A stretch of 61,997 nt of DNA, counting the filler, from Nemertoderma westbladi (Eukaryota > Animalia > Xenacoelomorpha): NCBI GenBank assembly GCA_032718475.1. It is 3 parts of 3 records of this genome, joined end to end, with 100 filler letters (N's around TTAATTAATTAA, not from the genome) between each part and the next. Parts side by side here need not be neighbours in the genome. Positions count along the whole stretch, not along the records: positions 1 to 18,522 come from JAUCBJ010001952.1; 2 more parts are not named here. One strand, given 5' to 3'. A model generated the notes under the pieces. It did not search any database. It was given only the letters and a program-made list of their open reading frames with translations, and was not told the origin of the DNA. Each line of letters opens with the position of its first letter. Within the stretch, counting starts at the first letter, position 1. Of this stretch, positions 1-14,350 are shown piece by piece. The position numbers and the translations under genes were made by a program.

Positions 1-859
1 ATAATATTCCTAAAAATTTTCTTTTCATCTCCTATTGCTCTACCGTAAACTACAGTACCGGTAGAAAGACGAGTAGCTACAGAATGATTTGATATGTAGT
101 GTGGTCTACATAAATCTGTAGTGTTCAGTAATCGCTATTATTTAATTGGGTGGCTTTTAATTACATCTAATTATCTGTTTTGTATGTTACACTAAGTGAA
201 CAGTTGTATTACTAAGGTATATTATTTACAAGATTCATTAGATTCCCCAATCCATACATCAGTTACAATTACATTCCACTTGTGGACATTGTAATACAAA
301 AATTATTATTGAATACTAACCTTTAAGAACTATTGCGTAGAAACACTGGCTGTTTAGATAAGTTATAACAAAACAATATTATATTCAGTGTTTATAAATT
401 GAAATGTAATTAAGCTTAAATTAATAATGATCTCAACAAAAGAAAATTACCCGTAAATAGCAAGTTAGTAAATTAATAAGTTTAAAAAGTAGTAATCAAA
501 GCCAAAGTGCAGCTATTATATATTATTACACAGGGAGCCAGACTCAACTTTGCCAAGTGATAAATTACTTGGCTGTGATTGGATCATTCCTCTAGAGGAC
601 GTATTATTGCATTGAGGAGGCCTAGCAATCTAATGGGCCACCGCTATGATTAGTGCCTAACAGTAAGCTAGCATTGACGAATTAATGCCTATCTATCTAT
701 ATAGCAACATATCGTTGCCTTGCCCGCCCAACGCTCTATAGTAGACTGCATGTTCGCTATTTAGCACATTGCAATGCATACTCAGCTGTAGCTTCAAATC
801 AAAGAGGCACGAGACAGGACAGGCTCTGTCTGTAAAGACAGTCCAGTACTGGGGTTGGT

Positions 860-1417
860 TGGGTGCAATCTTCGCCCGCGTACAACCTTCGCCCGCGTAC
901 AACCTTCGCCCGCGTACAACCTTCGCCCGGGGGAAACTTTCGCCCGCAAGGCAACCTTCGTCCGCGAGCAACCTTCGCCCGCGTCCAACCTTCGCCCGCG
1001 TCCAACCGTCGCCCGCGTACAAACTTCACCCGGGGGAAACCTTCGCCCGCAAGGCAACCTTCGCCCGCGTACAACCTTCGCCCGCGTACAAACTTCGCCC
1101 GGGGGAAACCTTCGCCCGCAAGGCAACCTTCGCCGGCGAGCAACCCTTCGCCCAATAAGATTTGTGTTAGTAATACCATTTTAGTAACAAATTGAGGGAA
1201 AGGAGCAGGTTACAGAGATGACTTTTTCTAACCAAAACAAAAAACGATGGTGTTACTAATTGAGGGAAAGGGGCAGGTTATAGAGACGGCTTTTTCTAAC
1301 CATTATTGGCGAATATTGCCTGCGGGCGAAGGTTTCCGCCGGGCGATAGGTGATCATTTTGAGGGCGAAGATTTGACACGGGAGAAGCTTTATTGGTGCG
1401 AAGTTTGATGCGTACCC
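860..1417. mobile_element. Non-autonomous foldback DNA transposon (Mutator-like) with minisatellite arms
   Basis: Direct repeat tggggttggt at 850-859 and 1418-1427 (9-10-bp TSD). The left arm is a tandem array of ~18-20-bp aaccttcgcccgcgtac units. The right arm has inverted degenerate gggcgaag units ending in gtaccc. Confidence 0.7.
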
Positions 1418-2828
1418 TGGGGTTGGTGCACAGCGTACGTTTGAATGTTTGAATGAATAATTAGATATTTATAGAACGTGGTCCACCCAATATTTATTCA
1501 TTTTAAATTAAATGAACCAACCAAAAAATGAACAGGTTGTGAACAGTTAAACATTCGCTTTCTACAATGTAAACGCCACATCTAATGTGATAAACCGATA
1601 GATAGAAAAAGGCTAGGAGATTAGACTCACTCGGAAATTCTCATGTTTGGTTAGTAATGGACTGTGGACGATAGACTATGCTGGGCGCAATTTGCAATAT
1701 AGTTCAACATTGCAAAAAGTAATATAAAATGTATGCAAAATAATAAATTGAGTGGATCCAAGGAATGGATCCATACAGAAGGAATTCATGTATAGGCCTA
1801 AAAAGTAAAAAAGTAAAATAAAAAAAGTCATAAAATCAATTTGTTTTCGTGGTGATTTTTCATTATCATATTTCCACTACTTGTTTTTTTCGCGCTCCAG
1901 GGGCGACAAATAACTGACTAATAACTAATTAGGTATAACAACATGCCTATGTTGTTATATTACACAACTCTTCGATATGTTTGATGTAGAGGAATAAACC
2001 TTCCCAATGAAATCAGTGCATTCTAAAACCTCAGTAGCCAAATTGTATGGCCAATTTACGATGTTTGAAAAAAGTGCTACTTGTACTTTTGGTGCTCTTT
2101 TAGCATCTATTGATAAAAAAATGAAAATTTTGCTTCTAATCTTGCTTTCGATTACTAATAATGAATTCAACAAACCCAAAAAGTATAATATAGTTTCATG
2201 GTTATACCAGTCTTGGTGAGGGATGATGTATTTTGTGTAATTTTATATCAATTCCAAAAGGTGTTGATATGGTATAGGTGCCAGGAATGCCTTATATCTC
2301 GAAAACTAATGGAGTTATTAAATTTTTTATTTGCGTCATCTGAAAGAGGACATAACTTTAGTTAGGGACAAGTACTTTCAACGCGCTAGACATATTGTTT
2401 CAGGGGTTCTATCCCTTCAGGGGGTTAAGAGAAATAACTGGTCCCCTAAATTTAGGGGCTTTGCAGCAGCTTGGCTGGTCGTATCTCCAGTAGGTCATGG
2501 TTATTAGTTTATTAATAATAAATTTACTGTACTGTAATTATGTTTTATAAATTTATTGTACTGTACGTACAGTTGTTACGGTAGTGATTGTTTACCAGTA
2601 GTGTATTTGAAAAAGGTTCAATACAATAGTGAATAATTGGCCCGCTAATGTATTTGTTATGTATGGATGTTCTCGAGAAATTTAATTATTTAGGACTTAT
2701 TTTAATTTTAACATAGTACAATGCATGACAATCTTGAAATTCTTAACCAAACCTGTAAGTTATATTCCGACAGAGTGCTGAATTATAAAATCATTAGGAA
2801 ATTGAGCTCAGGTGCAAATTATGGTAAA

Positions 2829-3920
2829 GTAGGGTGAGTGAGGGAGTCTTGAACCCCAAAAGTTATAATCGCTCTAAAGAACAGATAAATAAATTTTTCA
2901 ATGCCGTTTTAACTATTTCACATTACATTTATGTTTGCTACCATTAGAGTTGGAGAATTTCAACTCTTAAACTTTTTTAATTAAAACCAATAATTTGTAT
3001 TTTCGAAAAAAGCCTCAAGTCTCCCTCAATGGGGGGAGACTTGGCACCTAGGGTGGGAGACTTGAACCCCCATTCCCATTTTTGTAACTTCGTACAAAAA
3101 TCCATTAGAGGTGAAATAATTACGTGTTAATATACATATGGGCTGGAAATTAATATAGGATATAGGATATATATAGGATTGTGTAATAAATAGTCAAAAC
3201 ATGTGGGTAATTACAATGAACCTGACATAAAATAAGGGTGCAAATTTTCATTCGTTGTAAAGGGTAAAAATTTACTTTTGAACCGAGAAAAAGTTTATTG
3301 GCAATAAAACAAAAAATAACCAAAAGGTAATAAAACATTGTTGCGCGGGTGTAGCCTACATGTATTTTACACATTATTGTGTGGTATTGTTAAAATAATT
3401 TACAATAGTTTTTGAGTTATTTAAAAAGTGCGCAAACAAACTGGGAAGAAGTTACAGTTCTGTGTTGATATCCACACCTTATCTTCCAAGTTTAACATTC
3501 ATAGCACTCGACACTCAATCCTAGACTTGCAGTGCTCAATTGCGTTTGAACTTTGACGTAGTTTTGTTGCCTCCTCTGGTTATTGCCAGCAATGCCAGGT
3601 CCCCCCACTGTGGAGTCCCAACTCCTCACTGTGTTTACCCCATGGGGTCGGTACAAGCACTTGCGGAGTGCAACCAAGGACCTCATAGGGATGCATTTAA
3701 CCGGCGAGGCGACTTTGCACTTACAGCGACTAGGGATTGTCTGCGGTTAAGAAGGTGGATAACATCGTCAGAATTGACACAATCAAACGCAATAGTAGAA
3801 GGGGAGTCAGCGGTTAAAGTTTTGAAAAGACTCCTTATAATGAATAGGGGGGTATCTCATTATCTGTACTTCAGGGATGGCTTGGGTTTAGAAAGGCATA
3901 GATTTCTCCCCCAAAATTTC
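2829..3920 (-). mobile_element. Possible decayed pogo-like DNA transposon end
   Basis: End-like gtagggtgagtgaggga with repeated gggagacttg(a/g) motifs (2829-3070). A GC-richer block at 3490-3900 has disrupted Cys/His (PHD-like) coding on the minus strand. Confidence 0.25.
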
Positions 3921-4354
3921 TAAAAAAAAATCACTTCAAAAAAGTTTAAAAACTTTAACTATGTATAGTATGTGTGATGTAATTTGTTAAATTACAACTT
4001 ATAGTTTCCATTTGTCCTCGATTATGGATATGTTATGGGCTGGTACTTTTATTTCTATTAATATTTTCATTTTATTATTGATTTTGAATTTAATTTTTTG
4101 ATGTGGTATTCTATATTTACTTCGATACGACGTAGGGAATCAGCAACACAAAATTTTACCTATAATTACTCTGACAAATATCCGCTTACCAGCCATAATT
4201 CTAGTTTATTCGCACTAATAATTGTCCGAAAATTACTGTTTGATTACAGGCTGTACGTGCCTCCACGTCCAAATATACACGTCAATAATGTACCACTGGG
4301 CTGGCCAGAGTTTTATATTTTGATTTAACTTAAATAATACAGTTTTTTGGATTC

Positions 4355-4600
4355 TGGATCCTGGATTCTGGAATATACCTGACTGGACTAACCGGATTTC
4401 GTCGTCGCTCTGCCGCGCTGCCACCACCGAATATGTACAAAAACAAACTGCTGGAGACCCTCAGATGAATGCGTGTGTTGGATGTGCGGTTCCCCTGCAA
4501 CTGCTAAGGAACACTACCGCGAGTGTACACGTATACCGCAGTGCACATCGGAGCTGAGGACAGCCCTGTGGCTAATGACAACAGACAAGCCATGTATATA
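4355..4600 (+). mobile_element. Degenerate LINE ORF2 C-terminal zinc-knuckle remnant
   Basis: Frameshifted translation includes MYK and CVCWMCGSPATAKEHYREC, resembling the CCHC-type tail of Ingi/I-group LINEs. Confidence 0.3.
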
Positions 4601-5548
4601 GCCAACACAACACCACCCCCCCCCCCCCCCCCCCTCCCCATCAAATATGTTCCATATGTTGGATTAAATATACAAACAACAAATAATACAGTTTTAGAGT
4701 AAACATAATCTCAACGTCCAAAATGAGCAAAGTTCGCTAAATTTCAAATTAAAAAGTAAAAAGTAAAATAAATAAAACTATTTCGTATAAATCCATAGGT
4801 TTGCTTTCAAAGAGAAGGTAGGCTACATTACAGTAGTGTTTCCTTAAGATTTCGCCATTCCCACCCCACCATAACATGAACAAACCCAACAGTATGTGCA
4901 ACACAGCTAAAGTTCAAACAAAAGAAACAACAGCTGTTGAACATTATTAAAGCACTCAAACCTCAAAACGTGTGTCCCAGAATTTTTATTTTTAGGAATA
5001 AAAGCTCACGCTGTTTCACTTGTGTCCATCTTTTGTAGTTCTCGGATAGCACCGATTGAAATCTTTGCTTTAAATATGTTAAAATGGACATTTGGTGGTA
5101 TACAAATTCATTATATTAATTAATTTATAATTAAATAGGCTAATTATTGAATTAGGTAATTAAATTACTGTAATCTTAATACAGTATAATAATGCACATA
5201 ATTATTAACAACTAAAATTATAGCACAAAATTAAATTTAAGTTCGCCACAATAGGGACTGGGTTCTATAAGACGTCTTCTCCCAACCCAAACTAGCAAGG
5301 TATAGGTGGTGGGTGATGCGCGAATTCAATATTACAGTATTTATATTTTGTCTATCAAATCACTGGGTTCAAATTTTACGCGGGAATTTCGAATACGTAA
5401 TATCAAGTAACACGGAAGCGAAGTAACTTTTAACCCTTCTAGGCCTATACAATTAGGTGCAGCTTTCAAAAAATTAATGGATTTATTACTGTATTAGGTA
5501 TTAGCCAAGTACTACCTACTACGAATATCGGTCCCTACAACTACCATT

Positions 5549-6193
5549 ATGCTATCTCGATCTGCGACGCGTCTTAAATTTTCCGCCAATTTAGGTTTTC
5601 TGTTCACGGACGCGCCCAATCTACGCGAGAAGTGCGCCCGGGCGCAGAGGGCTGGTTTCCAGGGCGTCGAGTTGACATGGCTACGACAACAAACAACTGA
5701 GGAGATTGTAGAACAAATTGGCGAAATGCCGGTTGTGTTAATGAACATAGAAGGAGGGGATGGCGAGTTGGGTTATGCGGCGTGGCCGGGAATGGAGGAA
5801 GAGTTTAAACGATGCGTATATAATACTGTGCGAAGAGCCGAAACATTGCGTTGCTCGTGTCTGCACGTAACAGCTAGCAGACAAACGGTTGCTAATGGGG
5901 AAACATTTAGTAAATCCGAAATGAGAGAAACTTACTTGCGTAATCTCCAGTGGGTTGCATCTGTTCTCGAACGACACGGTATGACCGGAGTTATTGAGGC
6001 GATTAATTCCCGGGTTTCCATTCCTGGGTATTTTCTCGACGACGTAAAGGAAGCTGTTAGCGTTGTTTCTGATATTAACAGTCCCAGTATCCGACTCATG
6101 TTGGATTTGTTTCACGCGCAGATAAGCAACGGAGGTTTGACTCAGCTATTGAAAGACTATTTCGGTATAATTCGCCACATACAAATCGCACAG
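5549..6193 (+). CDS. HYI: Hydroxypyruvate isomerase, first coding exon (215 codons)
   Basis: Motifs LKFSANLGFLF, AGFQGVE, GVIEAIN...PGYFL, MLDLFHAQI, HIQIAQ. Phase-0 donor CAG|GTGAGT at 6193/6194, after which similarity ends. The last exon was not found. Confidence 0.92.
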
Positions 6194-7689
6194 GTGAGTT
6201 GGAACGTTGGTTGTGGCGTTTCAGGAATTTTAGCGAACTCTTTCTCTTTCTTTGTATTTAAAATACCAGGAAACCATTTTAATGATGCTGTGCTTTCAAA
6301 ATTCTTTGTGAATCGCACATATTCGATGACACACATTTGTTATAGGCCTAACTGTTCAGAAATCAGACCACTAATTGTCCTTATGCGCTCACCGCTCAAA
6401 TAAATATTGTTTTGTTTAGGGTTACCTTTAATACCCCCCCCCCCCCCCCCCCCCCCCCCTTATTAAAAATCCAAATATTACTACCGGTGTACAAGGCTGA
6501 GATAACTATTTGATCATAGTTTATGAAATTACTTATCATATACAGCAAAAATTTCCTAAAAGGTTAAGAAACGGCGGACGTGTTAGTGTTTTTTGTGTCA
6601 AAAATTGTAATTCCGATATATTTGCCTTGAAATTTCAAATCTGCCCGTCCCGCGCAAAACTAGCTGTCTGGTGTCTCATTGTTTAATCATGTCTGGCATG
6701 AAGAAAGCACACCACAGAGCTATAATTGTCATTAAGCCAAGGGTGTTTTCGATGTCGGTATTTTCATTTCCGATGTCAGGTTTAATATTTGGTTGCATCT
6801 GTCTGTTCGTCTATCTGCCTGTCTGTCTATTTGACGGACATGGCCAATACACATGGATACAGCGATAACTAAAAGTTATCTCGCTACAGTTAGTGGGTCT
6901 AAGCCGTTTTCACATTTGAAATCCACATAAAATTGTGCTAGTCTAGAACAAACGATTGTATTTGGAATTCGAGATACCGGGTTCAAGCCCACTTTGAGAT
7001 ATTGGTTTTTCGAATGTATCTTTTTTTTGGTTTTGTAAAGTTCTTACATTGGGAATTAATTATTAAATGTACTCCGGTAATATTTATTTACATTTATGTA
7101 AAAACGGCTCTAGGCTCTTACAATTAGATTTTAAAAATGGCATAGTTAGATTTCCTACTGTATGTCCCATTCTAGTACTAATATTATTATTTTTAATATT
7201 AATTAATTTAGGAGATATATATTAAGGGATATTGTCACTTCACTTTAAAAGGGCAAAGAGCGCAATTTTTATGCGAGATTTGACGAATATTCGTTTCATA
7301 ATCTAATAAACGGTCGGAATATTGCATTTGTTCTGTACATTATCGGGGATTTTCATATTTATATATTTTTACCTGCCATTAATTAAAATAAACATCATTA
7401 TTCACGTGTCCTATGATATAATCATGTAGTAAATAATTCTTCATAAACTAATAACGTAGGAAGTCTGATGTGTATAATTTCATAATTATATTTCTATAAT
7501 TTATATTGCAATGTGTCCCCTGCCTAAAAAATAGTGTAAATATGAGTGTGAATATTTCATAGTAAAAAAAGTAACGTAAAATAAACTAAAATGAGTTGCA
7601 TACGATAAATAAATACGCATACGGTAAATAAATTATTATTATTATTATTAGCAAATCGTTAGACTTGATTATTACTGTAAGAAAAAAAA

Positions 7690-7762
7690 GCTACTGACTA
7701 CGGCACTACGGGCTACTGACTACTGGCTACTGACTACTGGCTACTGACGACTGGCTACTGAC
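7690..7762. repeat. Short ~14-bp minisatellite (ggctactgactact)n
   Basis: Direct tandem repeats visible in the sequence. Confidence 0.8.
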
Positions 7763-8013
7763 CTAGAGCAAAAACGGCTCTAACGATTTTGATGAAATTT
7801 TGCATGGACCATGAAAATGGATTTCTAAGGGTACTTGTGAAATCGCGGTTTAAATTGAAACATCTCAATTTGTTTTAATTCGAAAAGTAGCCCCAAAACA
7901 CGAAAATTGCCATAGGCGCAATGATAAAACACCAGCTGGCACTCATGAGAAATGTATAGAGATGGCCTGGTAATGCATTCAATAGGAAGGGCCAACTGAC
8001 AAAGAAGTACTTT

Positions 8014-10825
8014 CAGTGCCGGATTAAGCCTCTGGTGGCCCTAAGGCACATTTTAGTAATTTCCAAAAATGGCCCGAAAGTTGATATTTTTCCGCAAACC
8101 CTTTCAAAAGAAAAAGCTGCTAAAAACAACTGAAATTGTGAAAATGTTGCGAAGGAAATATAAAGTGTTTTCGTTGGATGACTGCGTGCAAATAAGTACT
8201 AAGTACTTTGTGATAGACAAAGTGTAGCAAATCGTTACAAAATCTGTTCTAGAAGATCCAAATGGCCATGTTTAACAAACCAATATTCACGATTGTAGCC
8301 CTAAAGATGCTAAACATTTTGGTATATGTTTAATGGAAATTGAGTAAAAAATAAAAAAGTAGTAGGGAATTTAGTGATGAAAAATGTCAAAATCGACAAA
8401 CTGATAAAAAGGTTGTTTTATACAGAGAGGCATAAATATCAGCAATATATTATGTTGTTGAAAAGAGCAGTTTTAAGGTCAAAAAATAATTCAATGTTGA
8501 AAACAGATATCACCTTTTATGAAAGCCCTTCTATCAAACTACAAAAAAATTTGTAAATTTTCGAAAATTTCATTTCTGTGGGTGTTATATTTGGCCCCCT
8601 TAAGGCTGACTGGCCCCTGTAGGCATTTAGCAATTTTGATCGAATCGTGGGAATGTGTTATTTATTTGCTGTAGGTTTTGCAGGGTACTTATCTTTACAG
8701 GACTTGCTAATAAATATAACACACCAAAAGTGAGGGCTTAGTGCAAAGATATAATATTTCTGATCTAGATTTGGACTTGCTGAGAAAGTAATGTTCTTCG
8801 ATAAGAGAAGTCTCGGAAATAAGCACTTTTTGTCACTAATTTTAATTTACCCAAATTCAATTATGCTCTCCGACAGTTTTAGGTTTTGCCAGAATTGCAT
8901 GTAAAATGCCATCGTATGCAAAATGCAATACACGAGGGCAGAACATCTGAATTTCGGTTAAATTAGGGGGAGATGGTACCCTTTTCAAAAATATGAAAAT
9001 TTTCGAAATTTTTTTTTTGTTAATTATAAATCAGAATTTAACGTAGATTTCAGAAATCGAAATCCTAACATCACATCATAAGCTTAAGTTGTCTGTTTTT
9101 CTTTTTGTCTGTTTATTGGTCTGTTTTTCTGTTTGTCAACAAATTATGGATATAAAAATATACACCACCTAACTAAAATAATTGCTAGATGGGTTTTCGT
9201 GGTCGCGGATTTCATTTCCGGGGTCAGTTTTCAAATTTGACGTAATCTAGTTTGTCTGTCCGTCTGTCGGTCTGTCTGTCAAAAACATAACGAATCACAC
9301 TACGTAAGGTTTTAATGTCGGTGATTTCATTTCTGGTGTTATCTTTCCTGTTTGGAGGAGTCTATTATGCCTTTATATTTGTCTGTCAGTCGATCTGTCT
9401 GTACATACAGACAGACTTAAACAGACAGTCTAGGTTCATGCAATTATTAAAAATGACATGGGAAATGAAATCAGCAACTAGGAAAACCGCCATATCAGAA
9501 ATTATAGTAAAGTGATGTGCTTACTTATTTATTGTCTGTGAGATTGACAGTCAGACAGACAAACAGACAGAATGACAGACAGACAGATAGACATACAGAC
9601 AGTCCAGATGTCATCAAACATTAAAACATGTATTAGAAATGAAATCAGAGACTAGGAAAACCCCCATATCTGAAATTTTATCCAGGTGACATGCCTCCTT
9701 ATATTTTGACTGACATACAGACAGACATAAAAACAGGCAAACAGACAGTCTAGGTTCAGTCAAATATTAAAATTGACATCGGAAATGGAATCCGACACTA
9801 GTGTCAGATATGGGGGAAAACCCCCATATCATAAATTATAGTAAAGTGATGTGCTTACTTATTTATTGTCTGTGAGATTGACAGTCAGACAGACAAACAG
9901 ACAGAATGACAGACAGACAAGCAGGCAGTTCAGATATCATCAAACATTAAAACATATATCAGAAATAAATTCAGCAACTACGAAAACCCCTAAATCGTAA
10001 ATTTTGGTTCGTAAATTTTGGTTGGTAAATTTTCGCTGGAGTAGTTTATTATATTTTGGCTTATTTTTGAAATTTTCCGCGTTTTACATAAAATTAGCGG
10101 GAAGGTTTGAAAAGTTAAAATGCGTTTTTCGCAGCATCTTATTTTTCGTGAAATTTCGAAATAAATGTAACTTTTTCTCGAGAACGGCTTGATGGAATAG
10201 GCTGAAATTTTCGCAGCAGGTTTTTAGTAGTGAGACACAATTGTGGAACCTCTAAAAACACAATATGTTTAAAACAATTATCAAATGTATTTCTAATATA
10301 AACTTCGAAAATGTGTAATTTTTGGTTTTTGGTGCAATTAAGTGACCCTCAAACATAGACACAAAAAAATTTCATTTTTTTTAGGTTCCAGGTGTGTCTC
10401 GATAGTTACTCCGACCTTCTGGAAATTTTCATGAAATTCCATCTTGTATTTAGTTGTTCTAGAAAGTTTTAAGTACATAACTACAGATAATTCCCCACAA
10501 TTAAATTCTCCATTGTCCATAATTAGCACTTTAATGTTTTACTGCCCATATTTTATTATTTCCCTGCTATCAGGTCGTGAAGTAATAACACAAGCAGCTG
10601 TCGGTCGATTGAGCTACAATTTTGCAATTTCTACCACAATTCTAGTGATAGGAAATAGTCGAAAGATGCACTTTTGTTCTGTTTTCTAGAAATTTTAGTG
10701 AGAAAAAATGTGGATTTTTCAGATAGAAATAATTTTTTTCACAGACTCGCTGAGAAAAAATGGCCCGTATTTTCGTCTGGCCCTAAGGCACGTGCCTTAT
10801 ATGCCTAAAGGTTAATCCGGCACTG
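8014..10825. mobile_element. Non-autonomous hAT element with nested repeat debris
   Basis: TIRs cagtgccggattaa...ttaatccggcactg. 8-bp TSD agtacttt at 8006-8013 and 10826-10833. Internal (gaca)n-rich repeated modules at ~9100-10000. Confidence 0.85.
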
Positions 10826-10875
10826 AGTACTTTCTCTGCCAAGTTTTCAACCCAGACAGTAATCAAACAAAACAC

Positions 10876-11110
10876 GTTGAAGTTGAAGTTGAAGTTTTAT
10901 TAACATTGTACATAAGCCATATAAAATGTAAGACATATAAAACATAACATAATACACTAATAACCGGCATAATTTGGAATCGACTATAATATTTTAATTT
11001 AATAAAAGAAATAGTGCATAGTTCATAAATAAAATATAGAATATCTTGTATACATACAATGTTAGGGATAGCTCCATGTGGATAAACCTCGTTTCCATGG
11101 AGGTCCCTTT
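10876..11110 (-). mobile_element. 3' end of an L2/Crack-like LINE or SINE
   Basis: On the minus strand, a GC-rich stem-loop region is followed by aataaaa and a (cttcaa)n tail. Confidence 0.4.
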
Positions 11111-11219
11111 AAAAATCACAGCATTAAAGTGAGAGCAGCGTGTAAATTACTAAAAATATCAAATTAATTAGATAAAATATCCGAATGGTATTACAACTAG
11201 CTAGTAAATATTAGATTAA

Positions 11220-12850
11220 GAACAATCTGGGCCTTCGCGACTTCGTGGGGCCTTCGCGCAGCACGAGGCCCAGTTATGAGATACAAATTAAAATTGTGCG
11301 ACTGTATCACAAAATCAGGTTATGAGAGATTAACCCACACCACCAATTAATCAAAGAAAGGGGGACAGTACGTGTTCACCCCTTTTAATCTGCACCCCCC
11401 CCCCCCCTCCCCCCACCCACCAATACATAACCGCGACATCTACCACCCACGGAAAGGTAGCACGAACTTATTTCCAAACGCACGTTCAATATGCAAAGCC
11501 AGGTGGTTTATAGGAATATAATCAATGCAGTACTCGTCTTCATTATAATCCTCTTTGCGTTCGACCTGTTTTGTGTTAAAATATATTTATTAAACGCAGG
11601 CTGACGCTCTTTATAATAATAATACCTAGGGATGTCAGCTTCCAGACTTTCAATCTTTACTGCCACGCAAACCCCGCAGAGGAAGTTTTGGTTTGAGAGA
11701 TCAAGCCCATCGGCAATTGGTGTTTCAATTTCGGTCCAGGAACTCTGACAATGGGAGCATTCAATCTTAGCTGTGGTCAATTCCCGTGGTTTCGGCTTCC
11801 TTTTCTTCGTCCCAATGACAGATTCTTCTGAAGACGTTCGATTCGCTTTCAGTTTATTGTTGGCGTTTGTGTTTTGAAGTTGTATTCGAGTGGACAGTCG
11901 CGCCGGTTTCGAGGTACCGGTAACCATACCGACCTGTGATAAGCGTTGGTTTTGTTGAGTGCCGGTATTCATCTTCTCTCACCTCTTCAATGTCAGATGT
12001 TGCAAATACTGATAACACGAATAACGGTATATATTTCAATACTTGTCAATAGTAATATATATAATTTAGATAACTATTTTATATCTGTACTGTTGAGCAA
12101 ACTCTACATAAATTCCAACCTGTGTATCGCCGGTAGTGCTGTTGCTGCAGTGCTGTGCAAGTGTGCTGAAGTGCTAGTTGCCACCGGTCAGCTGGTACCG
12201 GTAGTAGGGTGGTACCTACGGTGCGCACTACAACGGCAGTACAGCAATACGGTGTACCGTGCCAATGACTGAATGATTAGCGGTAACTATCTAAACTATT
12301 ATATTATTATTACCGGTGCCGGTACTGGGCTATTAGGCCTAAACTATAATCACCGCAAGGGTTCCAGGGCCATGTTTAATTAGATTACATGATATGGCAT
12401 GTCTGCAGTGTATGGTACCGGCTGACCAGTATTGCAGTATTGACTGATTGCAGGATTCTCGATTCAGGGATTGAGTACAGCCTGACAGTACCGGTACACA
12501 TGGTACATGCAGACAGCCACAATGTATTGCAAAATTTGTCAGAAACCCAGCTGATTTATCCTACAGTAATAATAATTTAACGCATTTTAAATTTGGATAA
12601 ATAAATTTATTATAACTGCAATAACAGTTTCACTGATGCTGCACGAAGGCCCCACGCAAATTCTACTTGGAAAATTTTCAAACTTTTGCCAAACAACATG
12701 TGTACCAAGTTTGGATAGATTTCATCAAGGATTGGCCGAGTTATTAACGTTTAAAATAAAATACTGAAAAAAAAAAACGCGACAGAACGACAGGTTGATT
12801 AATGGTACCCCTACGCTAAGGCTCACTCACTTCGTGGCTCGCCCCACATT
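11220..12850 (+). mobile_element. Helentron/DINE-1-like non-autonomous element, copy A
   Basis: 11240-11634 and 12645-12849 are inverted homologues of 15893-16290 and 14742-14948. Has an acagaacgacag microsatellite and a terminal palindrome-like end. Confidence 0.55.
11636..11972 (-). pseudogene. PHD-finger-like fragment, probably a LINE ORF1 N-terminus
   Basis: IECSHCQSSW...FLCGVC followed by a coiled-coil-like KIESLEAD. It is truncated at the host element arm. Confidence 0.4.
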
Positions 12851-13541
12851 AACTGGTTTAGCTGGCTATTACAGTCTCAGCTGAATAACTCTTCCCAATG
12901 TTAATTAATTGGCGTGCAAGCTAAATGACTGTTACTATAGTTACAGTGTGTTGGCTACACAGTGTAGGGCCTATTGTACTATGCTCTCATCGCATTATTC
13001 GAAATCTTTGTGCCAACAGTAATACTGTGGAGGCTGTATGCTTATAAGGCTGAATGTTTACTCAGCCTCATAATGATTCTCCATAAGGCTAACATTATAG
13101 TTTGAAATATAAAAATATGTTATAATAATAATATAATTGTTGTATTTAATTAATATCGTGGTTTACATTGAACAGTGTAAATTGTTAATCGCGGTTTACA
13201 TTGAAACATCTCAACTTGTTTTATTTATTACAAAAATAAGAACGAATTTGTCTTATCACTTCTCGTGCGCGATTGTATTGAATTCATGGCAACTGATGTT
13301 ATTATTATTATTCAATTGACACCTCGACTCCTCTCTGACTACTCTATCCGATAGCTCTATCATTTCGCTAACAGCTCTCTATCTTCTATAATCACAACAG
13401 CTTTTATTTATAATTCATTAGATGATTACAACATAATAATTATACTTTGAAGTTGTCTAGAAAATGTCTCGTACACCACCGTGACTACCCTCACACTAAT
13501 TGATTATCAGACAGAACAAAAAGCTTTTACTTGACTCGTAT

Positions 13542-13805
13542 TGTCTCCTACGACTTGCTTCACGGGCCGCTAGGCCCGTCTCTACTGTCTCCTACGACTT
13601 GCTTCACGGGCCGCTAGGCCCGTCTCTACTGTCTCCTACGACTTGCTTCACGGGCCGCTAGGCCCGTCTCTACTGTTTCCTACGACTTGCTTCACGGGCC
13701 GCCAGGCCCGTCTCTACTGTCTCCTACGACTTGCTTCACGGGCCGCTAGGCCCGTCTCTACTGTCTCCTACGACTTGCTTCACGGGCCGCTAGGCCCGTC
13801 TCTAT
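13542..13805. repeat. 44-bp minisatellite, ~6 copies, each with a GC hairpin
   Basis: Unit tgtctcctacgacttgcttcacgggccgctaggcccgtctctac. Hairpin acgggcc-gcta-ggcccgt. Confidence 0.95.
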
Positions 13806-14350
13806 TTTTCAACCAAAAATAAAGGAGGAATTTAACTTTCTGGATAGTCGAAAAAGGTAGATGTAATAAAACTAGTATCCATGGCTATTGATTATTATTG
13901 ATTACAGACAGGAAAGTCCCCACTAAAATTCGCGTAACAGGCAACACGATAGATTACAGTGGGGGACAGATACAATATAATAGATGATTCAGTTTGTGGA
14001 AAGTTATTGAGCTAAAACTAAAATTTGCGTCCAAAGTTACAAATTTTCAAGTAAAACATGATATCAAATTATAAAGTTAACATTTTGATGAAAACTTTAA
14101 ATATACTATTGATTAATATGTTAATTTTAATTAGCTCAAAATCTTTTTTCGGAGTTGGTATTACAGTAGCTTCGCCATAGGACATGATATGGTATCATCA
14201 ATTGGTTATATAGAAAGCATATAAAGTTATCTTCGAATTGGGGTCGAAACTCAAGACTTATTCTACAATTAACAGTTCTACACTCAAAAATTAACAGTTC
14301 GGTAATATTATTTGAGAAAACCCATATTCTCAAAGTCAATTTTTCATGTA

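Noticed and set aside
693-1195. Six overlapping 109-129-aa ORFs
   Set aside because: They are by-products of the stop-free GC-rich minisatellite in the foldback arm.
6194-6403. C-terminal 69 aa of the 284-aa HYI ORF
   Set aside because: Read-through into the intron after a consensus GTGAGT donor, with no HYI similarity.
10385-10405. polyT-AG followed by VPG as candidate HYI exon 2
   Set aside because: It stops after six codons (VPGVSR*) and lies inside a transposon.
13542-13805. CRISPR-like array of hairpin repeats
   Set aside because: No unique spacers, no cas genes and a eukaryotic context.
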